Positions 13,856 to 29,992 of a stretch of 64,000 nucleotides of DNA are shown here, piece by piece (position 1 is the stretch's first letter; every line of letters begins with the position of its first letter). Made by a program: the position numbers and the translations under genes. The stretch lies in NCBI RefSeq assembly GCF_009914755.1, contig NC_060939.1; one strand, given 5' to 3'. The DNA comes from the human T2T-CHM13v2.0 reference genome, Homo sapiens. The notes beneath the pieces were generated by a model. The model was not told where the DNA came from. It worked only from the letters and a program-made list of their open reading frames with translations, and did no database searches.

Positions 13856-15039
13856 AGAACACGGCTTCTTTGGTGGGGTGGGAAATTAGCCAGCTGAAGA
13901 AGTTTACCTTTACAACTTGGCCTAAACAAGTACCATGCTCACAAACAGTTTAGCCATGCCTCACTTCCAGAAGCCCAGGAGAAGGTGAGACGTCCTGGGC
14001 TTAGCTCAAAGGTCCTCCTTCCCTCCTTAGCTGTGTGGCCTAGATTGAGTCAAGTCCCTTCTCAGAGGCCCAACTACCCATCCATGCAGTGCAGATCATG
14101 CCTCTCTTGCCTTCTTATGTTCTAGAAACATCTCTACAAAAGGCAAAACAATATAGATTTTCCTGGGTCCCTAAGTACAACTCTGGGCTGGGAGACCTCA
14201 CCAGCTCCACTCAGAACACTCACTCCCAGCTACAATTAGTGCAAAATGGGAATGGAGGAACTTTAAGGAGAACCAGACTCTGTTTTTCAGCTGCTGTGCC
14301 TCGGTCACATCTTGGAATCCATCCTTCTCCTCTCCCTCCCTCGGCAGCAAGAATCACAACCCCTGAGAGATTCAGACAAGCCAAGTGGGAGCAGCATCCA
14401 GGGAGTGGTTTCTCAGCCCTCCCTCAACATCCCAGAAGAGCCTGGCAGCAGCTGCAAACCCCTGGTTGCAGGAGTGGGGAAGCTGTGACAGCTGTGAGCC
14501 TTGAAGGTAGCAGAGGGCAAGTGACCATATTACTGGAAGCTCATCTGCTCTCTGTGAGCACATGAAAAAGCCCAAGCAGAAGCCTCCGTGGGCCAAAGTG
14601 TCTTCCCCAAATGTGCAAATGGAACTTTTTCCAGAATGTGGAAATACTCAGGTGCTCAGAAGAAAATAGCCTTGGCTCATTCTTGTTGTCTTCAGGGTGA
14701 AAGAATTCTGACACCAATACCTGTCCTTAGCCCTGGGTAGGGTGGTGAGTGCTGGGAAGGAGCTGAAGGAGGAATGGGAAATAAGCACAGATTTTATTCG
14801 ACCATAAATTCTCCTCCAGGAAAGGACTGGTTCCTCATCATGAGGATAAGAAGCTCCACAAGGTAACCAGGGAGCTTTGGCAGAGACTGGCTGGATTTGG
14901 GCCAAACACATAAGGCAAATCACTTCCATGTGGACAACCCCATGCATCAACAAGACTGGAGACTCCAGAATACCATATGAGCAGCTTCTTTCACTGAACT
15001 TACCGAGGAAACAGTAGGGCAAAGGGAATTAACTTGCAC

Positions 15040-15240
15040 GCTATGTATTCAACACCTACTGTGTGTTCAACACTTGATTCTCATCATAATCCTGAGAGAC
15101 TGAGAGATAAGTGTTATTACACCCCTTTCACAGGTGAGAAAACAGAGGCAGGGGGTAACTTGCCAAATTCACAGAGGTAAAATGAGGCCAAAGAAGGACT
15201 CTCTTGTTTATGACTCCGAAACCCGTGTTCTTTCCTTTAC
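15040..15240 (-). mobile_element. MIR SINE
   Basis: ttattacacccctttcacaggtgagaaaacagaggca...taacttgccaaattcaca. Confidence 0.65.
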
Positions 15241-16853
15241 CTTAGGCTGCCTTCGCTCTGTCTTCCCAGCTTTACGGCCACTAAAATGATCCAGTTCACA
15301 GAGGCTTAACCCTCCATCTTCCACTACTCAACTTTCCCTCACTCTGCTCATCCTGGAATTCTATGACAGCATCTTCCCAAGGGCGAGGGCAGGAGCCCCC
15401 GCTGGAAGCCTTACAGAACAGACAAAGCCCTGGGGAGAAGAGTGTATCTGGGGACAGAGTGCGGGAGGAAGAGCCTCTGCTCAGGCCCTGGGGAATGACT
15501 GGAGTGAGCCGTTTCACTTCTGACGTCCACGCGTCTATTTGGGTCCCTGCTTCTGCATGCTTTTAGCTCACACAGTGCTGTTCAGAGCTGCCTCTGGTGA
15601 AGCTATCTGAACTACAGGCCAAAAAGTGATGGATTTTCCTAAGAGGAGAGGGCATCAATCTCCTTTTACTGCCTGGCTGGCTGGCCCAGCAGAGTCTGGG
15701 TCACAAGGCTCAGACATGGAGACACTGGAAGGGGAGGCAGGGAGGCGGATGAATACCCCAGGCCGTGGGAAGACCTCCCAATCTCCAACAAAAAAGGGGC
15801 TGCTGGAGAAAGCAGGAGGCTGCTATGTAATGGGAAGGGTTCTTTGGGAAATTAAAAGAGTTCCTGGGACCTTCTGGCCTGGCTTTTCCCTAATTCCTTT
15901 TTGTGAGACAGCCACCAACTGGGTTCCACCAGAGGAAGCCACCTGTAGATCTTCTTGTTCCCACAGGACAACCGGTTCATCTGACACAAGAACAGAAACA
16001 AGATTTCTGTGTTTTAGTGGCTGCTCCAAGAATTCTTTCTCTGTAGTGGGGACCAAGATAACTATTCCATATGTGTGGGATTCACTTCTGGGAGGTCTTC
16101 CAGCCTGCAGCAAGCGTGACCTAGAGCAGAATCTCTAATCCATTGAGGTAACTGGTCACCTCTGGACAGAAAATCTCAGAGCCCTGAGAGGTCAGTGGGC
16201 AGGCAGGGGTTATCCCTCATCCTACCTCTGTTCCCCTTGGCTGCCCTGTGGGGCGGGAGGGGAGGTATACACAGAGCCGCTGGATACACTGACATCGCTG
16301 GACACAGAGGTGACCACTGTCAGCTTCACCTCCCTGTTCTGGGAGAATGAGGGCAGGGAGGTGGCAGGCATAAACTGCTCAGCCCTGCGACCAGGGAGGA
16401 AGAGGGAACAAAAAATCTGCCCCAAATGGCACTGCTGAAAGAGTGAAGACTGGGAAAAAAAAAAACAAAAAAAAAAAAACAGATCTCTATTGAAATCCTG
16501 ACCCTCTTACTTACTAATTGAATCCTATCCTCTCCACACCTCTAGTTCCTTATCTGTAGAATGGGAACATGGATGTTGACTTGGCAGAACTGTTCAGAGG
16601 ATGATTTAAAATTTTTAGATAATAAAGATGATATAAAATATCTAAAATATATTAGACATTTAACAGATGTTTTTCTTTCCTTTCCAATTTTCATTTCAAC
16701 TAGGAGCTCAATACCTATCTTGCAAATAAAATCGTGGCTTGAAAAGAAATGTGGAGAAGGATGATGATTTTCTCCTAAAATAAAATGGCACGAGCTTGCC
16801 CAGGAGTAAGCTGGCCCTGGCTCAGAGGTCACCAGCTCTGTCTACGGCTGCCA

Positions 16854-16923
16854 CCACCATGCCTGACCTCCTCCTCCTTCAGAGGCCAAAACAGTTTGCG
16901 GGAGGAGGTTGGTCAGACAGTGG
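16854..16923 (-). ncRNA. MIR11181: Intronic pre-miRNA hairpin MIR11181 (TrkC-miR2)
   Basis: Minus strand GUCUGACCAACCUCCUCCCGC (16918-16898), a loop, then AGGAGGAGGAGGUCAGGC (16878-16861). The arms base-pair and match the recalled miR-11181-5p/3p sequences. Confidence 0.8.
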
Positions 16924-17469
16924 AATAAAGACATCAAAAGGCAGAGACAGCCACCAACTCAAGATTGGCATTGATCAGTAGAGAGAAACCCGATTTCCCA
17001 GGGTCGGTGGTTATAAATAACAGTTATCCTGCTGTATGCCAAGCAGCAAATTCGGTCCCCAAAGGTGAGTGTGTGCACTCAGTCACACTCAGATTGCCTT
17101 AAAAGAAACTTGTTTGCTACCTCGGTGCTTTGGCTAATTATTGTCTTGGGGACCACGTGTGTGGACAGGACTGAGACAGTCCTTCTCTGAAGGTGTTGAC
17201 TTAAGAGGCTCAGAAGCAGTCCCCTGCCACCACCAGCAGCCCTGAGGGCTGGCCCCTGGTGGCAGCTCCTAACCATCCTGCCCTCCCCTCTTCCCTGGCT
17301 CATGTTGATACTCAGTTCCTAACTAGTTCCTGTCCTCATCACTGAGACCTCACAGATCTTTCCCTTGTGGATTCCATCTCGCTCTGCACTGCTCCTTTAG
17401 CTCGTTGTTATCCCTCTGTGCCCTTATTAATAACAAAAATAACTGCCATCAATTGAGCACTTATCCTGA

Positions 17470-17826
<357 letters not shown>

Positions 17827-19052
17827 CTACAAGTCTCTTAAACACAATATGTTGCTGTCCCCGTGCTACAGATGAGGGGGCTGAAGCTCCAGGTGGTTAC
17901 GTAACTTGCCCAAGATCCCCTAGCTGTTAGAGGTGTCCTGTGGGACTCTAAAGGCTGGGCTGAGCAGACTGTGCCACCTTGACATCCTTTAATCATGACA
18001 GCCCCCTTCAAGCCCTGCAACCCCTACTTCAGAGAGAGGCTCTGCTTTCTGCACTGGCATCAGTACTTGGTAGAAACCAATAACATCTGTAAAGAGAGAG
18101 TGTGTCACTTTATCCTGGAACCTATTCTTCCTACCCTTGATTGCCACCACCTAAGCTCAATGTGAGCCACCAGGATGACATTTGAAGATAAAGCCAGCAC
18201 CAGAATGCAGAAACCCAAGACCTTGCTGCCCCACCCAGAAACAGAGTTTCCAGGACCTCAGGCTCACCCATTACAAGGTGAGTCCTGAGCGTGACTACAC
18301 ACAGGAGGGAGGAGGGAGGAGGGAGATTCTTGGCAGGAGAGAAGGGGGAAGAGAAAACAGGGAGAGGAAGGGAGGATCTGTGAGAAGCGTGTGTTTTCTC
18401 TGCACTAACCAGACCCTAGGGTCTCTGGCTGCCAAAAAGGCTCAGAAGAAAACATTAATTCAATACCACATATTTAATTACACATGAAATGGAATGTCTT
18501 TAAATGGAAAAGAATAACATTCTGGGAGCTCCAACTCTGGGTGTTTGAAGTGGCAGGAGGGAGAAAGAGGGCCAGCTTTGAACCTTTGAGGGGGAAGGAG
18601 ACCACCAAGAGGGCAGGGCCCTGCCTGGGCTCAAGATATAAATTTCTGCCAGCCCTCAAAGAACTGCCCTCACACTTTCTCCTGGCCTCCTGGCTGGGTC
18701 TCACCTCACGCCTTCTATGAATGGCAAGCAAGAGGAGCTAATTGCATAAGGTATTGCATAAGAGCATAGCCAGACAAACATGTGCCCTGGCCAGCTACAG
18801 GCCCTTTGTAGGGGTCTCCAGCCAACCCAGTCAGTTCTCCACCTGGACAGAAGAGTAGAGCATGGCTAAACTATTCAAACCACCACTCCTGCAGAGCCAT
18901 CCCTGGATGATTTATAGACTAGGAGAAAAAAGAGGATCTCCTGGTTTCCTGTAAAGGACCTTTCTAAGAGAAGACATTTTGAAGGCTGGAGATCTAAGAC
19001 AAAAACTCTGCAGAATTTTTTTAGAGGTCTAGAATTTAAAAATTAGTAATCA

Positions 19053-19373
<321 letters not shown>

Positions 19374-22300
19374 TCAAATGGGGTAACAATGACTTGGGAA
19401 TGGATTCCAGGTTGAATGACCACCAGCCCTGATTGTTCCTGTTGCTGCCCTGGGACCAGGTTGGCTCAGGATTTTTTACCTAAGAATAAGAACCTGGATC
19501 TTTCTGCTGGCCAGTCCATGCCTCGTCCCTAGGCCTTCTCTGGATTAGGGCTTCCCTCACACATTCTTTTCAGAGTTTGACATTTTTACAAAGAGGCTTT
19601 GAAGGGTGCTGGCAGTTGCACAAGTCAAAAGGCCAAAAGTCAAAAGGCATGTGTTGCTCAAGTTCGTAGGCTGGGCCTAGCACAGGGCCTGAGACCAAGT
19701 AGGTACCCACTAACTATATGATGAATGGGCAAATAAATTAAAACTCCCCCTGAAGCACTGCTAGAGACTTTAGCAGGGAAAACACTGCAAAGAGGGAGGA
19801 AGAAGGGAATCTGGGGGAGTGGCAAAAAGAAAGGAAAGATGAGTGAGAATGGGAAAAGAGCCAGGAAGTTCCTAAGAACAGACTTATTTATGTCCTGGCT
19901 CCGAGAATGGCCCGAGGAACCAAGATCGTATTGAACCAGGAAAGTACTGAGACCCACATCCTAACCCTCAGTCTCCGGCTCCCCAGACTTCTAAACAAAG
20001 TGCCTCCGTGGTCAGCTCTGAAGAAGCTCAGCAAACAGCAGGTCCCACTCTGGGGCACGTGTGCACCCTTAGGCTAGAGGTAGCAGTCTAGGACACCGAG
20101 ACACTGTGTTCCCACCAAGATGAACATATAAATAAGACACCCTGCTGTTTCTGGAAGCAGTGAAGAGAGAGGATCAGCAGAGGACTGTCTGTTCTGGGGC
20201 AATTTCCAGTTCACATTTCCTGACACAAGAAGTTCAGAAGCTGAGGCTGAAGTTCAGAAGTGTCCCTGCTCCCCAGTGCTACCCCACCATGCTCCACCGC
20301 CATGAGCTCAGACACCAACCAACACCCAGGCTCCCAACATCAGCCTCCCTACCACAGTACGCCTGCCCTTTCATACCCACTTCCTGGTCTCTATATTCTG
20401 TTGGCCTTTCCCGTGGCAAGAGTGTCTCTGGCTCTCATTAAGCAGTGACTGCTTGAGCCAAGAATAAAGAGAAAAAGAACTCCCCAAGGAGAGCCATCTG
20501 GAATTGTGAAGTTAGGTGCTGAAAGATGAATCTCAGGCTCCGACTGAGAATGTGTCCCTCTGACAACTTGCTGGGCCCCCTCCTTCCTCTGCCTCTTCTG
20601 GCCTGACAGTGACAAACCCTCTTCAAAGTGCCCATATGAGGGTCACATCCCACCTCTCAATCTCCCCAGAGGCCCTTCCTTTCCAGCTACTACCCAGGAA
20701 TGCTGCCTTGGCCTCTCATTCCTGGCATCTGGCTCTGTCCCCCAAGCCGTCCCTGTGATGTCATGTTCTCACCAGAACACGCAGAGCACAATGTGCTAAA
20801 GGCTGTCCCTTCCAGCACCAGAATTCTGGGCCAAGACATAGGTTGCAGGGCACTGGAGCCATGAGATGCAGCTCCATGCTGAAAGTCTTGAGGTCAGGAA
20901 GAGAAACACCTGTGAGGACCACAGGGTGAACCGTAGAAGGGGAGACCAGAGGATCCCAGTCACCCATTTGCAGGACACACCATTGACCTTGACAGCTACC
21001 TACAACCATGGGTCCAAGATAAAACTGAGCTGCTTCAGGCAGAATAAGGAGAAAGAGCATCATTTGGTCTATAAAAGAGAGGCAGCAGCACCCCCCAAAA
21101 TACAACAGACACGAAGAAAAGAAGAAAGGACAGGAAGGGGACCTTGGGAGCAAACACCAGGATCAGAGTAAGGGGACTGAGAAAGAACATGGCTTTGGAA
21201 TGAGACAGAACTGGGTATAAATTCACACTCAAGGACACATCCTCAGAGGCCGCATTTGGCAATTTACTAAACCAGTCTCAAATGTTGTTTTCATGAGCGA
21301 AATTAAGAAAGTATCCACCTCATTGACTTGCCATGAGGATTCAGTGAAATCATGTGTACAGTCGTACATTTGGAGCGTGTCGAAGGAGCTAATGCCCATA
21401 AAAGTTCGGGAAGGAATATGCCAATTTCTTCCTCTCACCTGCTCTCTGCTCAAACCTGCAAGGATTCTCCCTTATTATTGTTACGGTTATTATTAAAGTG
21501 CTTACTGCATGGAGTTTTGATATCTTTAAATGAAGAGATTAAGTGTTTAAAACAGTTGGGAGGCACACAGTAGGTGCTCAATAGGCCTTAACATAGAGTA
21601 TCCATGTCTTCAGGACAGTTTTTAGTCTGATATTTGAGAATTCTGATAACCTGGCCCAAATCCCCAGGCTTTATCCTCATAAATGCATTAAATAGATCCA
21701 ACAGATGGACAGGCTGGCCATCCACTGTCCTCTGAGCAACCATGTGAGCTCGTGCTGTGCATCTGTGTCCTAGCTTTCCTCCATCTGGGGTACCCGTCCC
21801 CACTTCCACTAGTAGAAATCAACCCAATCCCCAACACGGGAAATAATCCTGTGTTATCCGTAAGATCATTTCCTGATCTTCTCTTTCTCTCCTCAGAATG
21901 TCTATTCCTTATGCAAAAATAGGTGTCCTAGGACCATCTCTGCTTATTTTGTTGCCCCCTACATAAGCTCACCTCCTGGGCAGCTCAGAGGAAACCAGTT
22001 CAAAACAACCTTGCTGCCTGACTAGAGAGAGTAAGTGGTGTTGGCAAAGACCAGCATTCAATTTTTATGTGATAGGATTTAGTTATACTAAGGCATAAAA
22101 TTCCAGTTCATTTGTGGACATGGGCCGAGCCCTTAGACTTCCTACATTCACCAGGTTCCAGAAGAAAAGCTTGCTGGCCTGAAGAAGTCTGCTTACCCTC
22201 ATTCTTTCCCCCAGCAATGAACTTACTGATGGAAAGGATTTTAGTTAATGCACAAAGGACCCTAGGAAATGAACAGGTCACCCAGTGAGTCCTTCCACAG

Positions 22301-22482
22301 AGACTTGGGAGGCCTTTCTGTGGAAAAGCCTAACTTTACTCTTGCTTAAAGCAGAAGGCTCAGACACCAGAGAGAAGGTGATGCCCTGCTTCTGAAGGAA
22401 ATGGAAGGCAGGCCCGAAGTCCACGGAAATGTAGAAACTAGAATCCCCATGTGGGGTCCTTAACCCTAAGGGTCTTTCTTCA

Positions 22483-23790
<1,308 letters not shown>

Positions 23791-24653
23791 TGGCCTGTCT
23801 CCTGAACCTCTCCCACCCTACAATTCTATAGAAAACAACAAAAGAAAACCAAAGAAAAAGAACTGGTGGAATTACAAGCGCCCCTATCTGACCCCTGGAA
23901 TCCCTCCCCTGGCTTGGGGGTCTTGGATCAGGTCCATGTGTGTTCACCAAGCTCCGAGTTTGCTGCCTCTCGGGCACTAGCTAAAGTCATCAGCAAACAC
24001 TTACATGGATGGTGCTTTGGACCAGAAGACGATTCTTTATCGTTTTCCTGGTACTGACAGAAACTGAGTCACATAGAGAAGTGTGAGGTTTCAATGATGT
24101 CAATGTTATTTGTTCTTACTAGTCTCTGGGAAGATCCCAGACATTGGAGGTCAAGTGGTTTCTGGGACTGACGGTCAGTGGAAAATAGAGAAGGGAGAAA
24201 TCTTCACTGAATATCACTAGACCTGTGCAGCTAATGAATGGCCACCTCTTATTGATAGGCCTGGACCTCTTTGGGTGGCCCCAGAAGAACCAAGGTGACG
24301 TCTCTGGGGCATCAGCCTCAGGAACCCACATCAAACACACTCAGGAGCCCCAAAAGGAGCCATCCTTCTATGCTCTGCAGAAGGACCCCAACTCCCCTTT
24401 CTTATCAGCCTGGCGGACATTTCCTCTCTGCTTTTTCAGAAGAGATTGCTGCTTCATATGGTGACATCTACACATTGTCTGCAGGCTGTGGCCTCCTTGG
24501 GAATAGACCACTCCACTTTCTCTGCTTTCCCTGGGAACGAGTTCTTTCTAGCCCCCTTGCCCATCTGCCCCTCCTCCGTGCGGGTTATCGACCTCCATTG
24601 CCAGCCTGTTCTTTGCTGCCTTCTGCAGCTGCTCTGCTCCTGCCAGACCTTTT

Positions 24654-24656
<3 letters not shown>

Positions 24657-24702
<46 letters not shown>
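24657..24702. repeat. (TG)n microsatellite, ~23 units
   Basis: Seen directly. Confidence 0.97.
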
Positions 24703-24706
<4 letters not shown>

Positions 24707-26489
24707 CTTTTTTTCTCTGAAATAGATCTTTATTGTAGGCTCTGTGGGCAGATGTGAATGACTCCTTGAGCCTCCACTGTGCAGGGTTCAGGCAAGGCCC
24801 ACGGCCTGGGTTGCCATCCCTCTCCTGCCAGCTCTCTGAGAGGCCAGCCCTTGGGCTCTCTTTGTACAGTCCTACAAATTCCAACTAGGGGATATATGTG
24901 AGATGAGATGTTTCCCACACCAGCTCTTTACCCTAGAAACTAGCCCTTTCCCTCTATGTCTCCTCTCTAAGTACTTACTCATTTTCCCACTTTCAGTACA
25001 AAAAGTATGGAGGCTGAATGACCAGACAGCTATACCTCCTGCCTCCTGCAGATGTGTTTTGTGTCAATTACACATGGATATTCTCCTGTATAATTTCCCC
25101 TTATCTGTGAGATTTTGGAGCAAACATATATGAATCTCCGATTACTCCAGGTCATGACTTAGGCAGAATGAGTTAGGAAATCCAAGTTATAAAATCAGGA
25201 AGGAATTAAATATTTGGATGGAAGACCAGTCATAGGAAAAAAAAATATTATCTGCAACAGAGCAAAACCACTTGATAAATGTTTCATTGAAGAGACTTCC
25301 CCCAGAAAAGTTTCTAGCTGGCCAGGGTTTGGGAAATGGAATTTGCTGTTCAGTGCCCATGGTTACTAATTTAACATGTGTGAAAAACCATGTCATCTTT
25401 TCACCTGCTGTGCTGTCTACACTGTTTTCATCTAGTGGATGCTAAAAATAAACAGATCAATAAATAAAATCATCTATAAGTGCACCCATAAATTCCCTGA
25501 CAGCCACAGCGTCTGTCTTTTTTAGTAAGTCCTTTCATTTCTCATGCACAAGTTGCACAATTCTTTGGCCATAGATTTCCCAGGAGTGTGGTAAGGAGGA
25601 GTGTGAACTATGAGACTGGGCATTCCCAGCTCTGCTACTAACTAGCTATGTGACACCAGACATCTTACTCAACCTCTCTGACATGACATTGCATTTGGGA
25701 AGTGTGATCTACTGCTAACATTTGTAAGCAAATGAGTTAATATTCATCTGTAAATCCCTTAGCATAGTATCAGGCATGGAGTGCATGCTAAAAATAAGAT
25801 TCATTTCTGCTCTGTTACCCGAGGCTGCTCAGTTTGAGCTGCCTTGTGCCCGTGGACACAGAGACGAGTATAAATTCAGAGGTCCTCCCTCCTTTAATAA
25901 CACACCTACTCCACCTGCCCACCTGAAGCAGGAATTTGTCTGCAGAAGTTCTGCCTGCCACTTTGAGCTATAGAGAACTCTGACTGCCCTAGGCCATAGG
26001 TGTTTAACTGGGGCCTTTGCTCAGCTTACAGAGGCTGTTTGTTATCTGCTGCACGCTACAGAGGGTCAGGAGATTTGGGGACACGGCATGGCTCAGGGAA
26101 CCTGGAGGGCAGCCGACAACAAATGATAAACTCACAGCAGGTGGAAGGCACACAGAGTGACCTTGCTGAGTGCCGTTCACATTGGCATAGAGAACCCTAC
26201 GAGGGGTTGAATGGGACTGCAGCGAGTTAGTAGCTCTGTGCTTGGGTCTTAACTGAGAAGAGGATGAAGAGAGCTGGAAATGTTCACCTACACCAACGCC
26301 TCTGAGTAACCCTTGCTCCAAACTTGCCAACAGGCACGACCATTGGCCCCATTCCAGCCCCCTGCCTAGTGGTACTGGGCAGAAAAGAGGCCAGTTCAAC
26401 AAAGGAGATCGTTGTTGACGGTGATGGAAACCAAGGTGCCAACCAGGGCTCTCCCACTTATTTGCTGAGGGGTCACATGTTGGTTCAAT

Positions 26490-26730
26490 CCTTTTCATAT
26501 TCAACAAATATGCATTAAACTTTATAGTGTGTGTCAGGAACTGGGCTAGGGTCTCCAGCAGGGAATAAGAGACTCTTCTCGTCCTCCTGGAGCTCATTGG
26601 TATAGAGAAGAGGATAGATGAGTCACCCAGGAAATTTGAATACATTGTAATAAGCCCCGTGGTGGGACAAGGAGAGGACCCTGGGGTACTGGGAAGGTGT
26701 GTGTATCTAGATCTGGAGGGGTCAGGATAG
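26490..26730 (-). mobile_element. L2 3' end fragment
   Basis: ttcatattcaacaaatatgcattaaac...gtgtgtcaggaactgggctagg, reverse of the L2 terminus. Confidence 0.6.
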
Positions 26731-26917
26731 ACTACCTACTCTCCCTGGGCCTCCATTTCTTTGTGTATAAATGGGAGAATATATGGAAAAATGACTTGCA
26801 AGCAACAGTCAGATGGAAACTGATTTTTCATCTTCCAACAATAGCAATAAAAATTTAAAAGTGCCCAAATAACATACTGCAAGTTACTCCAGGTACGTAC
26901 AAAGTGGGCTGTTCTGG

Positions 26918-27217
26918 TTTTTGTTGTTGTTGTTGTTTGAGACAGAGTCACTCTGTCACCCAGGCTGGAATGCAATGGCACAATCTCGGCTCACTGAACC
27001 TTTGCCTCCCAGGTTCAAGCGTTTCTCGTGCCTCAGCCTCCTGAGTAGCTGAGATTACAGGCACGTGCCACCACGCTCAGCTAATGTTTGTATTTTTAGT
27101 AGAGACGGGGTTTTGCCATGTTGGCCAGGCTGGTCTCAAACTCCTGACCTCAGGTGATCCACCCGCCTAAGCCTCCCGAAGTGCTAGGATTACAGGCGTG
27201 AGCCACAATGCCCGGCC
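26918..27217 (-). mobile_element. Alu (AluS-like) with (TTG)n tail
   Basis: gagacagagtcactctgtcacccaggctgga...ccacaatgcccggcc. Confidence 0.96.
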
Positions 27218-27534
<317 letters not shown>

Positions 27535-27704
27535 TAGTCATTTAGGGAAACACTGTCCAGAAAAGCCCACCTTGTTCTGGTTATCGTTTATCAATTCTCA
27601 GGGCCGTGACTAAGACATCTCTGCACTGGGGGCGGAGCAGTGGGTTGTATTGCCTCCTCACCCAATCCTCTTAGCTCCAGCCAACCCCACTCAACGTGAC
27701 CCAT

Positions 27705-27920
27705 GGAGCCAGACTGTCTGGGATCAAATCCAGCCTACACCAATCATTTCACTCTGAGATCTTAGAAAAGTTACCTAACATTTCTGGTCCTCAGTTTCCT
27801 TAGCTGTAAAATGGTATAATAATACTAGAGCCTGCCTCATACAATTGTTTTGCAAACAAATGTGTTAGCATGTGTAAAACACTTAGAAAAAATACCTATT
27901 AGGTAAGCATCAAGTCTCAG
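27705..27920 (+). mobile_element. MIR SINE
   Basis: ggagccagactgtctgggatcaaatcc...cctcagtttccttagctgtaaaatggtataataata. Confidence 0.8.
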
Positions 27921-28979
27921 CTATCATCACCATGGCAATTGTCTTCATATAATTATCACCAAGAAGTACATTATTATGACGCCTACAGTCCCACAGCGGG
28001 AGCATCTACACACTACATCCCTGTGGGACATTGTGTGGCTTCATTAAGAGATTGGGCTGGACTCCCACCCAGGTTCCACTGCCCCTGGCTGTATAACCTC
28101 TTTGAGCCTCAATCTCCTCATCTGCAAAATGGACTCATAAGATGTCCTATAGCACAGTGTTGTGGTAGGATTGCATAAGATCCTATATGGAAATCATTTG
28201 GCACAGTGCATAGGGAAAAAAAGGAGCTCTTGGAAAATAGAGTGGCTACACTATAATTACGTTAACACAGAGGAAACAAATGTTGTGCACTGTGAATCCA
28301 ACTGTAGTCACTTCTGTAAGGTGGGGTGACAGACTTCACAGAAGTGAGAAATAAGTCTTTTTACTGCTGCCTCTGCTTCTCAGAGACTATGAAAGAGGAC
28401 TGAATCATTTTAAGCTTCTACCAGTTCTTTGTGCTGCTGGAAGTTACACCTGAAGTCGGTGGCCCATTGTTTAGCAGAGCACATTAATTAGTCTGTGTAA
28501 ATTCAAAAGTAGGCTCAACCTGGGAAAGGAAAGAACTAAATTGCTCTGGACCTTAGAGTGTAGTGGCTGAATTCCTCCGAGGAGAGGAACTCAGGTGACT
28601 TAGGAGAGAACAAAAGGGAGCCTATAAGCTTGGGGGTGGCCTGTTGGTGGGGTGGCTGGAGGTCTTTTAGAGCAGAAATGTCTACCATGTATTATATGGG
28701 AGTTCGTGTTGATTCATCATAAACTTCCCACGTAATGCTAAAATTACAGCAAAAGCCGCTCCACACACAATTCCACAAATTAGTGATTTCAGGGGCATAA
28801 AATACTGCATAAAAGGCGTGTTTCACATACAGGATGAAGATTCAGAAGGGCAGTGGCATATATAGGATGCTTAGTCTGTCTGTATTGACCCACCTCAACA
28901 AAAGCGAGAACTCTGATGATTTCAGGAGAAGAGTAAGATAACTTCAGCCCACCTCAACTCTGAGCATCCTTAGGACGGA

Positions 28980-29992
28980 ATGTCTATTCAGGGTGGAGCT
29001 CCAGTGATTTCATCTGAAGGATGCTCAGATATCATCTGACTTGTGAAATCCAGCATCGTTGTCCAAACCCCTACTTGGCATCTCTGCTTGTGTGTCTAGT
29101 GGTCTTTCACGTGTAACACAGCCGAAAAGAACTCTTGCTTCTTCTCCTTGAATCTGACCTTCCCCAGGGCGTCCCTATGTGGTAAGCAGCATTCCCATTC
29201 ACTCAACGGCTCAAGCCCCTAGCCCAGGAGTTTTCCTTGATGACTCTTTCCTGCAGTGCTCCCAAGCCCATCAATAAATCGTGTCCACTCTACACCCAAG
29301 CAATTCTCAAATCTGTCCACATCTGCAATAGACCCTCTGCCCCTTATCCTGCTGGCACCATCCTAGCTCAAGCCACGAGGCTCTCTCACCTGGGCAGGGG
29401 TCTCCCAAACTGAGCTTCCATTCTTCTCCCACCCCTCTCTTCCATCCCTCACCCCAACTCTGGGACATGGTCGGCTAACCCAAGTCATCTTTAAAAAACT
29501 GTAAAGTAGGAATCTTGATGTTCCTCCCCTGCTTCAAACCCAAGTTAAGAGTAACAGCCCAATGCACTCTATCATTGCTTACGGAAATTGATTCTGCCTA
29601 GCCCTCTGAGCACATCTTCACTGCCCCCACCCCCGCTCCCCGCCCCCCGCATTCCCTCTCCACTCTACCCAATGCCCTTCCTTCTCTTCTGAAACATTCC
29701 AAGCTCAGGGCCACCTTAGAGCCATGACAGCAGCCACTACCTGTCTGTGAACGCTTGCTCTCCAACCACTCAGTGGAAAGGAGTCACTTCTAGCCTAGCA
29801 CACTGTTTCAGTTCTCATGGCTCGAACTGCCGCCGTCGGATAATTATCTTCCTGACTTATTTGTTTGTTTATCATCTGGTCCCCTAGTGGGCAGAGCTCT
29901 GGCTCCTTGCGTCTCCATCAGTGCTGTACCCAGCACCTCCGCCACCACCTGGTGGACAGTGGTGCTCAATAAGTATTCGTTAAATAGATGAG
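28980..29992 (+). mobile_element. L2 LINE, 3' portion
   Basis: Pyrimidine-rich L2-type sequence ending ggtgctcaataagtattcgttaaatagatga. Confidence 0.7.

Noticed and set aside
23876-23892. CTCF-like agcgcccctatctg
   Set aside because: One G short of the core spacing and a poor match in the CCAC half.
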